The position numbers and the translations under genes were made by a program. A DNA stretch of 39,576 nucleotides from a virus (taxonomy: Duplodnaviria; Caudoviricetes), in IMG/VR virus record IMGVR_UViG_3300025018_000274, positions 1 through 39,576 of that record. One strand, given 5' to 3'. Below, piece after piece: positions 18,394 through 27,643 of this stretch (its first letter is position 1; each line of letters opens with the position of its first letter). A model generated the notes under the pieces. It had not been told where the DNA came from and made no database searches. It was given only the letters and a program-made list of their open reading frames with translations.

Positions 18394-20100
18394 ATGAACG
18401 AACAAGTAATGTTTCTTTCTGAATATCAACCTCTTGATTTTCAAATTATAAATGAGGGAACAGAAGATAAGAAATATAGAATAGTAGGCGTTGTTTCTAG
18501 AGCCGATGTTCCAAATAAGAATAAAAGAATTTACCCAAGAGGAATTCTTAAGGAAGCTGTAGAAGGAGTAAGAAACGCCGCTTTAAAAGGTGGGTTTGTA
18601 GGAGAATTAGACCATCCTTGTCTAATTTCTCCAAAATATCAAATACTAACTAAAGATGGCTGGAAAGAGTTTGTTGATATTAATTCTGAAGATGAAGTAG
18701 CAACTTTTAATGAAGATAATGTTATAGAGTATCAAAAAATAGAAGGTATAATAAACGAGCCTTTTAAAGGAAAAGCCTATGAAGTAAAAGGAAGAAATAT
18801 AGATTCCGCTTTTACAGGCGCTCATAGATTTTATCTTGAAAATAGATATGGAAAAAGAGAAGTAGTGACTTTAAAAGAAATTTATGATAATAGAACAAAA
18901 TATAATAAGCATAAGATTTTAAAAATCGGCAAGTGGATCGGTAACGGAAAAGAAACTGTGACCATACCAGCCGTTCCTCAAGAAGAGCTTAATGGAAGCT
19001 TTAAAAACTTAGAAAAAATTTCAAAGGATTTAATTTTAAACGCTAAAGACTTTTTTGCCTTTATGGGAATTTATCTAAGTGAAGGTAACATTTCTCACAC
19101 TAGAGATGAAAACAATAGGGTTTATATATCTCAAAATGAGGGATTGGTTGCCGATGAAATAAGAGAACTTCTTTCTAGGCTTGGTTTTGAGTTCTCGGAG
19201 AATTCTAGAAAAAGAGAAAATTCTGTAGGAATAACCTTCTCTTTTTTAGAGCCAAGGCTAAAAAGATTTCTTGCTCCTCTAGGCAACTGTTATACTAAAT
19301 ATATACCAGCAGAGCTTAAGGAATACGATGAACAATATCTAGAAGAGCTTCTTGAGTGGTTTGTTAAAGGTGATGGTAGAGATCAAAGAGGAATGAACGG
19401 TGGAAACAAAGTAAATGTTTTTTCTGTTTCTAAAAAATTGATAGAAGACCTACACGAAATTCTTATTAAAACTGGTGGAAGTGGAAATTGGACAGAGCAT
19501 GATACTACCGAAGATTATATGTTTGCTGATCATCTTATTGAAGCAGAAAACAAGAGAATTCTTTATCAATTAAATTTTTCCACAACTAAGGGAATTTATT
19601 TAGACGAGAGAAATCTTTCTATAGAAGAAATAGACCACGATGGCAATATTTATTGTATAACAGTTCCTAATGGAAATTTTTACATGAAGCAAAATGGAAA
19701 AGCTTTTCTTACTGGAAACTCGTCTCCCAAGATTAATGTTGAAAGAATTTCTCATAAGATTACGAAAATAGATATGATGGAAGATGGAGCGGTAGTTGCC
19801 GAAATGGAAGTTCTTGATACACCTCATGGAAGAATTTTAAAGCAGCTTATTAATGAAGGTGTTCATCTAGGAGTTTCTACTAGGGCTCTGGGAAAAGTAA
19901 CCCCATATAGAGGTCCTTTAGGTGAAGGTCTTGTGGAAGTAAGCTCTGGTTTGAATTTAAAAGCTATTGATATAGTTTTTGAGCCATCTGCTGGTGACGA
20001 TGGCAGACCTAACTTCTTTGCTGAAAGCGTAGAAGATCTTTATGCGATTGAACAGTTTAAAAAGAAAACCTTAACAGATGTTGTAAAGGATGTTTTTTAA
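18394..20100 (+). CDS. gp21: Prohead protease (T4 gp21-like) with intein; 201 aa after splicing
   Basis: NKNKRIYP, GELDHP (His), ISHKI, TPHG, GVSTRALG (Ser), DIVFEPS. Confidence 0.93.
   Translation: MNEQVMFLSEYQPLDFQIINEGTEDKKYRIVGVVSRADVPNKNKRIYPRGILKEAVEGVRNAALKGGFVGELDHPCLISPKYQILTKDGWKEFVDINSEDEVATFNEDNVIEYQKIEGIINEPFKGKAYEVKGRNIDSAFTGAHRFYLENRYGKREVVTLKEIYDNRTKYNKHKILKIGKWIGNGKETVTIPAVPQEELNGSFKNLEKISKDLILNAKDFFAFMGIYLSEGNISHTRDENNRVYISQNEGLVADEIRELLSRLGFEFSENSRKRENSVGITFSFLEPRLKRFLAPLGNCYTKYIPAELKEYDEQYLEELLEWFVKGDGRDQRGMNGGNKVNVFSVSKKLIEDLHEILIKTGGSGNWTEHDTTEDYMFADHLIEAENKRILYQLNFSTTKGIYLDERNLSIEEIDHDGNIYCITVPNGNFYMKQNGKAFLTGNSSPKINVERISHKITKIDMMEDGAVVAEMEVLDTPHGRILKQLINEGVHLGVSTRALGKVTPYRGPLGEGLVEVSSGLNLKAIDIVFEPSAGDDGRPNFFAESVEDLYAIEQFKKKTLTDVVKDVF
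18619..19719 (+). mobile_element. Intein in prohead protease (367 aa) with LAGLIDADG endonuclease
   Basis: N-term CLISPKYQILTKDGWK; block B FTGAHRF; MGIYLSEG and FVKGDG; C-term IYCITVPNGNFYMKQNGKAFLTGN|S. Confidence 0.93.
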
Positions 20101-20105
20101 ATAAA

Positions 20106-20342
20106 ATGAACCAAAAGAAAAGAATAAAAGAATTGTCTCTTAATGAAGAATTAAGAGACGATATTGTTTTGTTTGATGTAAAAATGAAGATAGGTTCTAT
20201 TAGAAAAAATTTAAAAGATATTTTTTATAGTAAGCTTATTAACAAAGAAGAAACAGAGCTTGTTCAAAAGATTTCTGTTTTAATGGATGATCTTGATAAG
20301 AAAGTTAAAAAAAATCATCAGGATATTTCTAAGAAAAAATAA
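20106..20342 (+). CDS. Hypothetical protein
   Basis: 78-aa ORF; leader ending SLNE. Confidence 0.65.
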   Translation: MNQKKRIKELSLNEELRDDIVLFDVKMKIGSIRKNLKDIFYSKLINKEETELVQKISVLMDDLDKKVKKNHQDISKKK

Positions 20343-20362
20343 AAATGTCTATAGACATTTTT
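20341..20362. repeat. Perfect 22-bp palindrome AAAAATGTCTATAGACATTTTT
   Basis: Read directly. Confidence 0.8.
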
Positions 20363-20390
20363 TACCACACGGAAGTCGAAAACTTCAATA

Positions 20391-20423
20391 AAAAAAGCGA
20401 AGCATAGATTGCTTCGCTTTTTT
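20391..20423. terminator. Intrinsic terminator (potentially bidirectional)
   Basis: AAAAAAGCGAAGCA-TAGAT-TGCTTCGCTTTTTT. Confidence 0.85.
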
Positions 20424-20506
20424 ACTATCATATATAGATTGATAAAATAGCATTACATAAATGAAATAGATGTTTTATAGCTTTTAAACGCTAATTTATA
20501 AGTTTT

Positions 20507-20516
20507 GAAAAGATAA
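20507..20516 (+). promoter_or_regulatory. Putative late promoter variant GAAAAGATAA
   Basis: One mismatch to the shared motif; after a terminator, 36 nt upstream of the scaffold ATG. Confidence 0.5.
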
Positions 20517-20552
20517 ACTATATTATGAAATTTCTAACAATGGAGGAAAATA

Positions 20553-21377
20553 ATGAAGAATTTCGAAGACATCGAAATTACCGATGAGCAAGCAGAGGTA
20601 ATTAGAGAGTCTCTTACAGCTTGGAAGGAAGAAATGTATGTTCAGTTATCTGAAGACGTTGAAGCCGAAAAAGCTGCAATTAGAGAGCAACTCGAAAAAG
20701 AAGCAGACGAATACAAAGCTTCTTTAAAAGAAGACTTTACTGAAAAGTTTATCAATGCTCTTGAAGAAATGAGAAAGCACGTAAAAGCTGAAGTTCTAGC
20801 TGAGACAATTCAAACCAATCCAGCACTTCAAATTCTTGAAGAAATCAAGGAAAAGGTTGCACCTTTGCTTAATGAAGAATACGTTGCAAACTCTTATTCT
20901 CAAGAACTTCTTGTTCTTAAAGAAGAAAATGAATATCTCAAGAAAGAAATTGAACTTGAAGAGGGCGCAAAGCAACTTGCAATGCTTATCGCACCATACT
21001 CAGGAAAAGTTCAAGACTTTATTCTTTCTATGATCGAAGAAGGCAATGCTGAAGAAGTTACCGAGCAGTTCTATAATATCGTAGAGCAACTTGAAAACTT
21101 AAGCGAAGCTGGAAAAGACGAGGATGATGAAGAAGAAGAAGAAGAGGGCGAAGATGATGAAGATGATGACGACGACGAAGATGATGACGACGACGAAGAT
21201 GATGAAGATGAGGATGATGAAGAAGAAGATGATGAAGATGAGGACGATGAAAAGAAGAAAGATGACAAGAAAGAAGAATCCGAAGATTACACTGATGGCG
21301 AACTTTTAGGCGAAAGCGTAGAAAAAGCACAAAAGAAAGGCTCTAAAGCACTTAGAGGTATTAAGGATTTAATCTAA
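20553..21377 (+). CDS. Prohead scaffold/core protein (gp22-like)
   Basis: GGAGGA RBS; between protease and capsid; acidic coiled coil with many LxE sites. Confidence 0.75.
   Translation: MKNFEDIEITDEQAEVIRESLTAWKEEMYVQLSEDVEAEKAAIREQLEKEADEYKASLKEDFTEKFINALEEMRKHVKAEVLAETIQTNPALQILEEIKEKVAPLLNEEYVANSYSQELLVLKEENEYLKKEIELEEGAKQLAMLIAPYSGKVQDFILSMIEEGNAEEVTEQFYNIVEQLENLSEAGKDEDDEEEEEEGEDDEDDDDDEDDDDDEDDEDEDDEEEDDEDEDDEKKKDDKKEESEDYTDGELLGESVEKAQKKGSKALRGIKDLI
21117..21251 (+). repeat. 45-codon Asp/Glu tract (GAN triplet repeat)
   Basis: 44 of 45 residues are D or E. Confidence 0.9.
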
Positions 21378-21397
21378 ATTGACATTTTTAAAATATA

Positions 21398-21407
21398 GTA
21401 AAGATAA
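21398..21407 (+). promoter_or_regulatory. Putative late promoter GTAAAGATAA
   Basis: Shared motif, 29 nt upstream of the major capsid ATG. Confidence 0.7.
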
Positions 21408-21436
21408 AAATATAAATTTGATTTATGGAGGAAAAA

Positions 21437-23089
21437 ATGGCATCCAATAAGGAACGATACCTTCAAGAAACAGAGCAACTTTTAAATAAATGGGAGTGGC
21501 TCCTTGAAGGCATTGATGGAAAGGAAGAAAGACTAAATACCGCAATGGTTTTGGATTCTTCTTATAAGATTATGATTGAAAAGGGACAACTTCCTGAAGG
21601 TTGGCTCGAAAAGCAACTCAACGAAGACGAAGAACTTAATGAAGCTCCTAACACTATAGATAGCACCTTCGGAAATTCTACTGTTATTCCTAGAGTTATC
21701 TTCCCAATGATTAGACGGGTTATGCCTGATCTTATTGCAAATAAGCTTGTTTCAGTTCAGCCTATTCAAGCAAGAACTGGTATTGCTTACCATATTGACT
21801 ATAAGTATTCTAATGCTAAGGACGGAACTGGTGGAAAGTCTTTCACCGGACACCCATATAGCTTTGAAGGTAATGGCGTTCTTCCAAGACGATATACTTC
21901 TGAGAAGTTCTTTGCTGGAGCACCTAATCTAGCAGCTGGTGGAACTACTACTGTTAACCTTACTTCTGCAGCTGATGGCCCTCTTGCATTCTTCAAAGAT
22001 TACGGAGTTCAAGTTTTTGCTGATGACGCTGCTGTAGCTACTTTTGCTGCAGGCATTACTAAGAGAGTAGAAGTTTACTACCGAGGCGTAAGAAATAGAG
22101 CTCTTGAAGAAGCTACAACTTATTCAGCTGTAACTACTAATCTTGCTATCGTTCTCCCTCAAGCTACTGGAGAATTTGCTTCTCTTGATGCAAAGCAAGT
22201 TGTTGTTTACTGGCTCTATACTCTTGAAGGTTCTAAGTATATTCCTGAACTCGAGTTCACAATTGGTTCTAAGACTATCGAAACCCATGAGCGAAAGCTT
22301 AAGGTAAGATGGACTGCAGAAGCTGAACAAGATATGCAGGCTTATCATAAGATCGACGTAGAAGGCGAACTTGTAAAGATTGCTTCTACTGAAATGAATT
22401 ATGAAGTAGACCGAGAGATCATCGACTTTATCGAAGATCTTATTCAACCTGAACTTTCTTTTGCTGTTCAGTTCGGTGAAACAAGAAATGCTGTTCAAGT
22501 AGCTTCTGATCCAACAACTGCTGGTGTTACTCCTTTGGATGATGCTTCTGGAACTCTTGGAGTTACTTTCGATCAAGTTAAGGGAATTCAAGGTAACTAC
22601 CTTGACCGACATCGAAGACTTGCTCAGTTGATTTTCCAACTCCAAGCCGAGATGACTGTTTTCAACCGACAAGGTGGTGCAAACTGGGCAGTTATTTCTC
22701 CCCAAGTTGGTGCTCTTCTTAAGATGCTTCCTGGCTTCGAAGGTGAAATCGCTGGTTCTAGCTTGAAGATCCAAGAATTTGGTAATCTTTCTGGAATCCA
22801 AATGTATGTTGATCCTAACAAGAAGGACAGAGAACTTGTTACCCTTGGTCTTAAGACTACTAACTCTAACTATGGTGCTGGTGTTGTTTATGCTCCTTAC
22901 CACAGCTGGATGAGTTCTGTAGTAACCAATCCTGAAAACTTCGATAGCATCAGAGGATTTTTCTCTCGATATGCTGTAGATAGTTTTGAGCGTGGTGAAT
23001 GGTTCTATGCTGGTCTTACTCTTGACGGTGTTGAATACATGGGTGGTTCTACTCCTTATACCGGAGACCATGGACTTCGATGGGTTTAA
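21437..23089 (+). CDS. gp23: Major capsid protein (T4 gp23-like)
   Basis: Start moved to 21437 (GGAGG RBS); PMIRRVMPDLIA..LVSVQP, RKLKVRWTAEAEQD, EVDREII, GVVYAPY; likely maturation site ELNE|A. Confidence 0.95.
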   Translation: MASNKERYLQETEQLLNKWEWLLEGIDGKEERLNTAMVLDSSYKIMIEKGQLPEGWLEKQLNEDEELNEAPNTIDSTFGNSTVIPRVIFPMIRRVMPDLIANKLVSVQPIQARTGIAYHIDYKYSNAKDGTGGKSFTGHPYSFEGNGVLPRRYTSEKFFAGAPNLAAGGTTTVNLTSAADGPLAFFKDYGVQVFADDAAVATFAAGITKRVEVYYRGVRNRALEEATTYSAVTTNLAIVLPQATGEFASLDAKQVVVYWLYTLEGSKYIPELEFTIGSKTIETHERKLKVRWTAEAEQDMQAYHKIDVEGELVKIASTEMNYEVDREIIDFIEDLIQPELSFAVQFGETRNAVQVASDPTTAGVTPLDDASGTLGVTFDQVKGIQGNYLDRHRRLAQLIFQLQAEMTVFNRQGGANWAVISPQVGALLKMLPGFEGEIAGSSLKIQEFGNLSGIQMYVDPNKKDRELVTLGLKTTNSNYGAGVVYAPYHSWMSSVVTNPENFDSIRGFFSRYAVDSFERGEWFYAGLTLDGVEYMGGSTPYTGDHGLRWV

Positions 23090-23105
23090 TTGACTAAAGT
23101 CATAA

Positions 23106-23141
23106 AATAAAAAAGGCGGCTAATTAGCCGCCTTTTTTATT
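23106..23141. terminator. Bidirectional intrinsic terminator
   Basis: 36-bp perfect inverted repeat AATAAAAAAGGCGGCTAATTAGCCGCCTTTTTTATT between convergent genes. Confidence 0.92.
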
Positions 23142-23143
23142 GC

Positions 23144-23341
23144 TTAATAAAAGTCATCTGGAAGCAACATTGATTTATTTTTATAATCTTCTATTCTTCT
23201 TTTTCTCTCTTGCATTCTTTGTTCTATCTCATTAATTAAAATGAGATCTTTTTGGTTCATATTTTCATAAGCATCAATAAGCATAACTAATCTTTCTTTT
23301 TCGGAAATTTTTCTATACTCTTCTTCTATATTATTATACAT
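23144..23341 (-). CDS. Small coiled-coil hypothetical protein
   Basis: AGGGGAG RBS; overlaps the end of the vWA gene. Confidence 0.7.
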   Translation of the reverse strand: MYNNIEEEYRKISEKERLVMLIDAYENMNQKDLILINEIEQRMQERKRRIEDYKNKSMLLPDDFY

Positions 23342-24882
23342 CTTAAATCTCCCCTTATGCTATTTTTATTTTTAGAAACTATTATCAAGTTCTCTTTATG
23401 TTCTTCATATATTCCAATGTTACTTAAGCTAGATTTTTTAAATATTCCATCAGTTATAAGAATTACTAAAGGCGGAGTTTCTTTTTCAAAGTAATATCTT
23501 TGAACTTTCTTTTCTTTAGAAACATATTCTACATGATAACTATCTCTTTCTTTTTTAAAAATACTTAAGAAGCAATCTGGATTAGTCCCACCACCACCTA
23601 TTATTTCTATATCGTTAGAAAACTCTCTTGGTATATCTAATACTTTTTCTGCCCACTGAAAGACTATAACTCTTCCTTTAAGGTTAAAGGAGAGCAGATC
23701 GTGAATTCTTTTTAATTCACTAAAAATAGATGATAGAAACTCTTGTTCACAGGCTATGGTAGCACTTGTATCAATTCCTACAAAAATAGTTGGAGAGTTT
23801 TTAATTTTCTCTAACTTATCCCCTTTAGACATTATTCCATAATAGCTTCTTGGATTTTTTATCCAAGAGAAATATGATTGAATAATTTTCTTAGTGCTTT
23901 TGTTTTTTGAAATAAATATATTAATATTTTTATTTAATTCTTTTCTCCAATCTATTCCTAAGCTATTTACTTTTTGCTTAACAGTTAAAAGGTATTGTGA
24001 TTTTCCAGATTTACCATTAGTTGAAGAAAGCTCTTCTGCGTTTTCAACCATTCTTTTTGCAGATATTTTTTTATCATTGTTTGTTTCATTAGTTTTAAAG
24101 AATTCATCTTCTTCTTCATCTATAAAATGCTTTTCTTTAAAATACCCGCTTTTAAGCCACTTATGTTCTATTCCAATTCTTAAATCATTTGGATTTAAAT
24201 ACATAATATAATTCTTGTCAAAGTCTTCTATATTATTATAGACCTCTTTACCATTTGGCTTCTTAATTACAAGAGAACCATTCTTTATAGTAGCTTGAAA
24301 GAAATCTGGAAATTTACCTTCTCTTTCTTGAACTTCAAAATTAAAGTTGAATGACATATTAGATTTTTCTGATATAGAATTGTTAAACTCTTTATTCTTA
24401 TTAGTTAGCCAATGGAAAATATCTTGGGAAGAATAGCCAAGCTTTTCTTGTTGTCTATTTTCTATTTTATAAGTAGTAGGAACAAAGAATACCCCATAGG
24501 GGAATTTAGGTTGAAGTCCATTATAGCTAATCTTTTTAAGCTCTGAATTAATAACACAATCTTCTGCCACATTAGCTACTAAAGGATTTTCGTTAAAAAT
24601 CTTTTTATTTATCTCTATATGCTTTTTGAATACATGTTCTGCTTCGTGAAGAACTATAAAGAAAAGCTCCTCTTTAGAATATATAAAAAATATTTTTGAT
24701 TTGAATATAAAATAAGTTTTATCGCTTCTACTTATAACGCCAACCACACCATCTTTTAAGTATTCACCATCTTCGTCAATTATATAATTAACATTCAAAA
24801 GAAATACAGAAACAAGTGGTTCTCTTGAATATAAATATAAAGCAAGATTGTAAAAGAAAATGGGTATATCTACTTTTTTCAT
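23326..24882 (-). CDS. Metallopeptidase-like + vWA domain protein (DUF2201-like)
   Basis: FIVLHEAEH, NVAEDCVIN, IDWRKEL, MIDAS-like VGIDTSAT, GGGGTN, LITDG. Confidence 0.85.
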   Translation of the reverse strand: MKKVDIPIFFYNLALYLYSREPLVSVFLLNVNYIIDEDGEYLKDGVVGVISRSDKTYFIFKSKIFFIYSKEELFFIVLHEAEHVFKKHIEINKKIFNENPLVANVAEDCVINSELKKISYNGLQPKFPYGVFFVPTTYKIENRQQEKLGYSSQDIFHWLTNKNKEFNNSISEKSNMSFNFNFEVQEREGKFPDFFQATIKNGSLVIKKPNGKEVYNNIEDFDKNYIMYLNPNDLRIGIEHKWLKSGYFKEKHFIDEEEDEFFKTNETNNDKKISAKRMVENAEELSSTNGKSGKSQYLLTVKQKVNSLGIDWRKELNKNINIFISKNKSTKKIIQSYFSWIKNPRSYYGIMSKGDKLEKIKNSPTIFVGIDTSATIACEQEFLSSIFSELKRIHDLLSFNLKGRVIVFQWAEKVLDIPREFSNDIEIIGGGGTNPDCFLSIFKKERDSYHVEYVSKEKKVQRYYFEKETPPLVILITDGIFKKSSLSNIGIYEEHKENLIIVSKNKNSIRGDLRCIII

Positions 24883-24887
24883 AATTT

Positions 24888-24916
24888 ATTATAGCTCTTT
24901 AATTTTTTTTAATCAA
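24888..24916 (-). promoter_or_regulatory. sigma70/sigmaA promoter TTGATT-17-TATAAT, predicted leaderless transcript
   Basis: Only 5 nt between the -10 box and ATG 24882; no SD. Confidence 0.7.
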
Positions 24917-24922
24917 TAGAAA

Positions 24923-25615
24923 TTATTTGGTTTTGAAATTCACTAAGTCGTAAAAGTATTTTGGGTTCTTAAGAAACAAACTTAAGCGTGGAACTATTTG
25001 TTTTGGGTTCTCAACAGAGAAATGATAAAGAAGATATAGATCAATTTTGCTTATTGATATCCTTACTATATCTAAAACATCTTCACTAAGCTCTAAGAGA
25101 TTGTCATAATCAGATTTTAGATTATACCACTCTTTCATATTTATCCATGGCTCTTCTATTTTTTCTCTTATTGATATAGGGCAATTCTTAATAAATAAAT
25201 CTAGTTTTTCTTTATAGAAAGTAAGTATTTCTTCTATAGCATATTCAGGATTTTCTTCTTTCTTTTTATTTATTTCGTTGTTGTATAATTCATTTAATTT
25301 ATTTTCTAGAGGAGTTAAATCATAGACTATTCCATAATTAACCCAACCTTTTTCTGTCTTTACTTTTCTTTCATAGAAGTCGATAAGGCCTTTTTCTTTT
25401 AAAGACTTTCTTCTTCTTTGCATAGTTCTTGAGGAAGTTTGAGCATCTATTTGTTCGTCTCTTAATGTCCAGCCAGATGAGAAGCGAGAAATTATAAGTA
25501 GAAAGCTAAGCTCTCCATCGTCTATTCCTAAATTATTTCTTTTATCTATTAGTAGGTTTGGAACTATAAAATAACCATAATCTTGTATATGATTGCCAAA
25601 TTTTATTTTTCTCAT
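24923..25615 (-). CDS. DnaD N-terminal-like winged-helix protein
   Basis: GYFIVPNLLI...LGIDDGELSFLL...LKEKGLI...YDLTPLENKL follows the Bacillus DnaD_N pattern; AAGGAG RBS. Confidence 0.7.
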   Translation of the reverse strand: MRKIKFGNHIQDYGYFIVPNLLIDKRNNLGIDDGELSFLLIISRFSSGWTLRDEQIDAQTSSRTMQRRRKSLKEKGLIDFYERKVKTEKGWVNYGIVYDLTPLENKLNELYNNEINKKKEENPEYAIEEILTFYKEKLDLFIKNCPISIREKIEEPWINMKEWYNLKSDYDNLLELSEDVLDIVRISISKIDLYLLYHFSVENPKQIVPRLSLFLKNPKYFYDLVNFKTK

Positions 25616-26187
25616 TTCTTCCTTTTTCTACTTAAAATTTTATCCTTCACTTCTATTATCAATTCAGTTTCATATCCATCAAGCTTATCTAAGTTCTTTA
25701 TGTTGTCTTTAGAATCCAAAATTATTTGAAGTATCTCCACTCTCTTCTCATCATCTAGCAATTGCATTTTTAAGATATTAGAATAAGCATCGTTAAATCT
25801 AATCAAATAGTTGTCTGCGTTAAGAAGCAAATACAAAGTAAGTAATGCAAAAAATAATATTGCATAATTAAAAGTTATGAAGAAAGCAAGAAATAAAACT
25901 ATTAAACTTCCATCAATATTTATGGTGAAGCTAAAAGCCTCTGACATAAAAAATCTGAACTTGCTGTCCATCCCTCTTGCGACTTTTCTATTTGATATGT
26001 CGTTAGGATCTCCTGTGTTTAAAATTTTTTCATTCAGTATTATTGATAAGCAAAATACTATATAAAAGAGAAAGATAATTTGAGAGATTAAAAAAGAGTA
26101 ATTAATTATAACATTTGTTTCATATATATTATGGAAAGCATAAGTTATAATAATTAATAAATTTATTGTTATAAAAGTTATCGTCAA
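25612..26187 (-). CDS. Multi-pass membrane protein
   Basis: Three to four hydrophobic segments; ATGA overlaps on both sides. Confidence 0.75.
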   Translation of the reverse strand: MTITFITINLLIIITYAFHNIYETNVIINYSFLISQIIFLFYIVFCLSIILNEKILNTGDPNDISNRKVARGMDSKFRFFMSEAFSFTINIDGSLIVLFLAFFITFNYAILFFALLTLYLLLNADNYLIRFNDAYSNILKMQLLDDEKRVEILQIILDSKDNIKNLDKLDGYETELIIEVKDKILSRKRKK

Positions 26188-27614
26188 TTCTTTTTACCTC
26201 TCATTACTTCTAACGCACTGTCTAAATCTCCGCTATTGACGTTAAGAATTAAACCAGAAACTTTTCTATAAACTTGATTAAGTGCAACTAGCCTTGTGTG
26301 AATATATGATATGTTTTGTTTGTGTAAATTTTTATACATATCAAAAACAAACATTGATAAATCTTCTTGTGAACAATTTAGCATACCTATAATTTTTGCT
26401 ATAGAAGATGGATAGTCTTGTAGAATTACTTCGTCCTCTACCTTAAGAATAAAATGCAATATGCTTTTCAATAGACTAACAACGCTACCTCTGTTATTAG
26501 AGGTTTTTTGAAGTTTCTCTTTGTAGTTTTCTGGATAATAAAGAAGATCTTCTACTGGTATCATTGAGTTAAGAAAAGCTATGTAGTTAGCAATTATACT
26601 ATCAATTATTTCGTTACCTAAGAAACCAAACTCAAATACATTTCTTTGTAAGAACTTTATTTGAGTTTCAGGTTTATAGAACCATTCTTGGAAAGAAATA
26701 TTATTTAACCCAATATTCTTAAAGTGTAAATAAGCATCTTCTAGAATAGCATCAGAGGCTAGTGTCCAAGCTCTCGGAGAGAAAGTTGAACCTGCTTCCT
26801 CTGAATTATCAGAGTTCTTCTTTGGAATTAAAAAAGGATACTCTGGACCATTCTCAATATATTGTTGATAAATATATTGAATAATAATAGGAATTATTCT
26901 TAGCGGAAGAATTTCTTCTTCAAACTTAAATTCTTTAGCCGCAAAATTTTCTAGCCAACTCTCTGCGTCGTATTTATAATATACTCTTCTATGCCATCGT
27001 TCATCAGTCGCAATATCTCTATCGTTAACAGAATTTAGAGAAGAAACATTTTTTTGTTCTCTAGGATTACCAGCACCAATTACTACAGTTCTAGCAGGTA
27101 GTTTATATTTTATTGACTTAGAAATTTTTTCATCATAAAAAGATGAACCACCTATTTCTCCGTTAAGAATTAGGTTCATAAAAGAAGCTTGTTCTTCTGT
27201 GTCTGCTTTGTTAAATTCATCTAAAAATAAAACCCATACATCTTGACTATCACTAGGTGGTAGATTTGTAGGAGAAGTTAGAAGAGTTTTTCTATCGCTG
27301 TCTCCCTCCTTACCGGACAAATAAGGAAATCCTATAACACTTTCAATTGGAACTTTTTGTATTTCTAATGAGTGAAATTTACAACCTAGCTCAATTGCTA
27401 TATTTTTAACTATTTCTGTTTTTCCGTTTCCTGTTGGCCCCTCTATAAAAAGAGAACGAGGCAAGCCTTTTGTATCAATAGTCTTTACTTTTTCTATTAA
27501 AGAACCTATCTCTTCTTGCAGTTCTTTTGAATTAATGTAAGGCTTCTTTGTTCTTTCAATATATATTTCTTTTTCTTCAAGTTCGAGTAAATCATAGATT
27601 TTATCAAATAACAT
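26184..27614 (-). CDS. MoxR-like AAA+ ATPase
   Basis: Walker A GPTGNGKT, Walker B LFLDEFNKA, VIGAGN, ATDERW, SPRAW. Confidence 0.88.
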   Translation of the reverse strand: MLFDKIYDLLELEEKEIYIERTKKPYINSKELQEEIGSLIEKVKTIDTKGLPRSLFIEGPTGNGKTEIVKNIAIELGCKFHSLEIQKVPIESVIGFPYLSGKEGDSDRKTLLTSPTNLPPSDSQDVWVLFLDEFNKADTEEQASFMNLILNGEIGGSSFYDEKISKSIKYKLPARTVVIGAGNPREQKNVSSLNSVNDRDIATDERWHRRVYYKYDAESWLENFAAKEFKFEEEILPLRIIPIIIQYIYQQYIENGPEYPFLIPKKNSDNSEEAGSTFSPRAWTLASDAILEDAYLHFKNIGLNNISFQEWFYKPETQIKFLQRNVFEFGFLGNEIIDSIIANYIAFLNSMIPVEDLLYYPENYKEKLQKTSNNRGSVVSLLKSILHFILKVEDEVILQDYPSSIAKIIGMLNCSQEDLSMFVFDMYKNLHKQNISYIHTRLVALNQVYRKVSGLILNVNSGDLDSALEVMRGKKN

Positions 27615-27643
27615 TTAAGCTCCCTAAGATGATTTTATTATTC

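Noticed and set aside
21058-21330. Poly-Ser, His/Leu-rich and Met/Lys-rich ORFs over the scaffold
   Set aside because: Alternative-frame readings of the GAN acidic repeat
21379-21418. TTGACA and T4-like TATAAATT upstream of the capsid gene
   Set aside because: TTGACA has no good -10 at 16-18 bp; TATAAATA does not recur before other late genes whereas GTAAAGWTAA does
22124-23071. 315-aa antisense ORF inside the major capsid gene
   Set aside because: Shadow of the strong codon bias of the capsid gene; no RBS or motifs recognised
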